A stretch of DNA of 64,000 nt, from assembly GCA_040437565.1 (NCBI GenBank), contig JBDOQK010000010.1, forward strand, positions 124,001-188,000, given 5' to 3'. A model generated the notes under the pieces. The model was not told the DNA's origin. It ran no database searches and worked only from the letters and a program-made list of their open reading frames with translations. Every line of letters begins with the position of its first letter. Within the stretch, counting starts at the first letter, position 1. Source of the DNA: Albugo candida (Eukaryota). The position numbers and the translations under genes are program-made. Below are positions 62,167-64,000 of this stretch, piece after piece.

Positions 62167-64000
62167 GGTACTGAAAATCCAAACGTTCAGACGCTTTACG
62201 TAATATAACAATACAAACTCTAAAATGGCAAAAAATCAGGGTAGCTGGCTACACTTAGAATATAGAAAATTGTTTGAGTAAACATTTCGCTCTTCATGCA
62301 AGTTTAGGGTGCAAAAGTTCTGTGTAATCTTTTTCAACAACTAGTCGAGAAATTGATCATCCCGAACAGGCGCCTGACGCAATAATGTGGCACTTCACGC
62401 TATTTTAAGCTAGAAAGACCGGTATATATATATAACAAACCTAGCGACAACACGCGCAAACGGACTGTCTGTATAATCTGCTTTGGTATTGTATCACGTG
62501 TCATATAGTAATGCATCTTGATTGAGACAACACCCAGAGCTTTTTGCAGCTATCACAGGCTGCCATTCTTCTCCTCAATTTTATTGTTGCGTAGGTTTTA
62601 AAACCGTCAGTCGTGCTGTATTAATTATAGGTCAACGATGGCGCACCAGCGCACATGTATCACCTTCCTAGATAAAATCTTGCGCTGGATAAAATGGTTG
62701 ACAAAATGTTTCAGCGCAGATGCAAAAGCATGTCCAATTTCAGTTATCTTTCCACAAACGACGCAATTCTGATAAAAACTCAACTTCTACTTACGANNNN
62801 NNNNNNNNNNNNNNNNNNNNNNNNNNNNNNNNNNNNNNNNNNNNNNNNNNNNNNNNNNNNNNNNNNNNNNNNNNNNNNNNNNNNNNNNNNNNNNNNTTCA
62901 GTTATCTTTCCACAAACGACGCAATTCTGATAAAAACTCAACTTCTACTTACGAGTTCGTAAATCCAGCTGACCATAGCTTGTAGCTATGATATTTATCT
63001 TTTTATCGTATTCTTCCCATTCTCCTTATATGAAGGCTTTCAGAAGAAGCTCTAGTATCCTGTGAAAATCGAAAATAATGTAATGACCTTGGCTTCTAGC
63101 AAATGCACATAAACATGAATATTTGCATATGAAAGGATACTTAGTGTAGCCTCTTCTTATTGTCACAGAATTTTTTACGGTTTCGACGAGTATCAAAGAT
63201 AGAAAACAAAAAACATTTAATCTTTTCCAATGTGCTTTAGGCATTGACGTGCTGTACTAGATTTCGAGCCGACCCTGTTAGAAATTGCTACTTCTAGATG
63301 TCTTGCACTTGAGTATATCATGAGAGTATCCAATCTTGCAGTCCAGTACGTTCACAAATTGAAGACGGGTCATCACCTATACAAAGATATGAAGAGAATG
63401 CAATGTGTATTCTTGGATGCTAAAGCAATTGAAGATGAAAGATGAAGCTTTGCAGGGAAAAAAGGACGATGACTGATGGCTATACTTTTCGTCTAGTCTG
63501 CTTACTTTTATCTTTCTTTGGCACAAAAATTCGTCCATACTTGAAGTGCCGGAAAACTCGATATCACCCTTTTGTTTTCTGAAAATTGCGTTCACTTTTC
63601 GCTTTTACTTTGTCGTGTTCGCAGCAACCGAATTTTGATCTAACGAGTTATTACGCTTTGGAAAACTTGATTACGGTTTCTTGGCTGACGTGTATTATTC
63701 CACATCTCCCGTGGTTTCTCTTGGCTGCGAAAAGGCCAGAGTGGTGATGCAATCAAAAGAAAGGAAACGTGGAAGGAAGTGTTTCATTTTGCGGATAAGT
63801 AGATCAAAAGTGTGAGAGAAACGTCCGAGACGATTATGGGGACTTGTTGTAGATAAATTGTGGGCTGGTTAGTCACTTGTCCCGAAGAGAGAAATTACAC
63901 ACTGAGCTTTATACGATGTTGTGATGGGTTCATGAGTCAGGAGGCTCTTACAAGAACGATTAATTATTCCAGAAAGGAGAAGGACCCAACGACATGTACC

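Overview
Eukaryotic, intron-containing oomycete DNA, most consistent with the white-rust genus Albugo. The basis is an oomycete CesA3, very compact gene spacing, ~50-60 nt introns and a cluster of secreted CxxCxxxxxG ('CCG') effector-like genes. The window has three zones. (1) 0-7 kb is gene-poor, with a decayed MULE transposon and an orphan C-terminal CCG-family module. (2) 7.2-37.4 kb is a densely packed block of conserved genes: an EEP/CCR4-like phosphatase, TSG101/VPS23, VPS33, a ROK fructokinase, choline/ethanolamine kinase, 2-oxoglutarate dehydrogenase E1, myosin, a receptor-like TKL kinase, STI1/HOP, cellulose synthase 3, a Cys-rich membrane protein and a coiled-coil protein. (3) 37.8-64 kb is gene-sparse and repeat-rich. 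It holds three paralogous CCG genes (one intact, one with a single frameshift, one multiply disrupted), a Tc1/IS630-like remnant and a decayed Ty3/gypsy chromovirus. The CCG proteins are built from about five tandem CxxC-containing modules. They appear to have been amplified as a cassette together with the neighbouring coiled-coil gene, which then decayed in the extra copies. Most 100-N gaps are flanked by duplicated sequence and are scaffolding artefacts.
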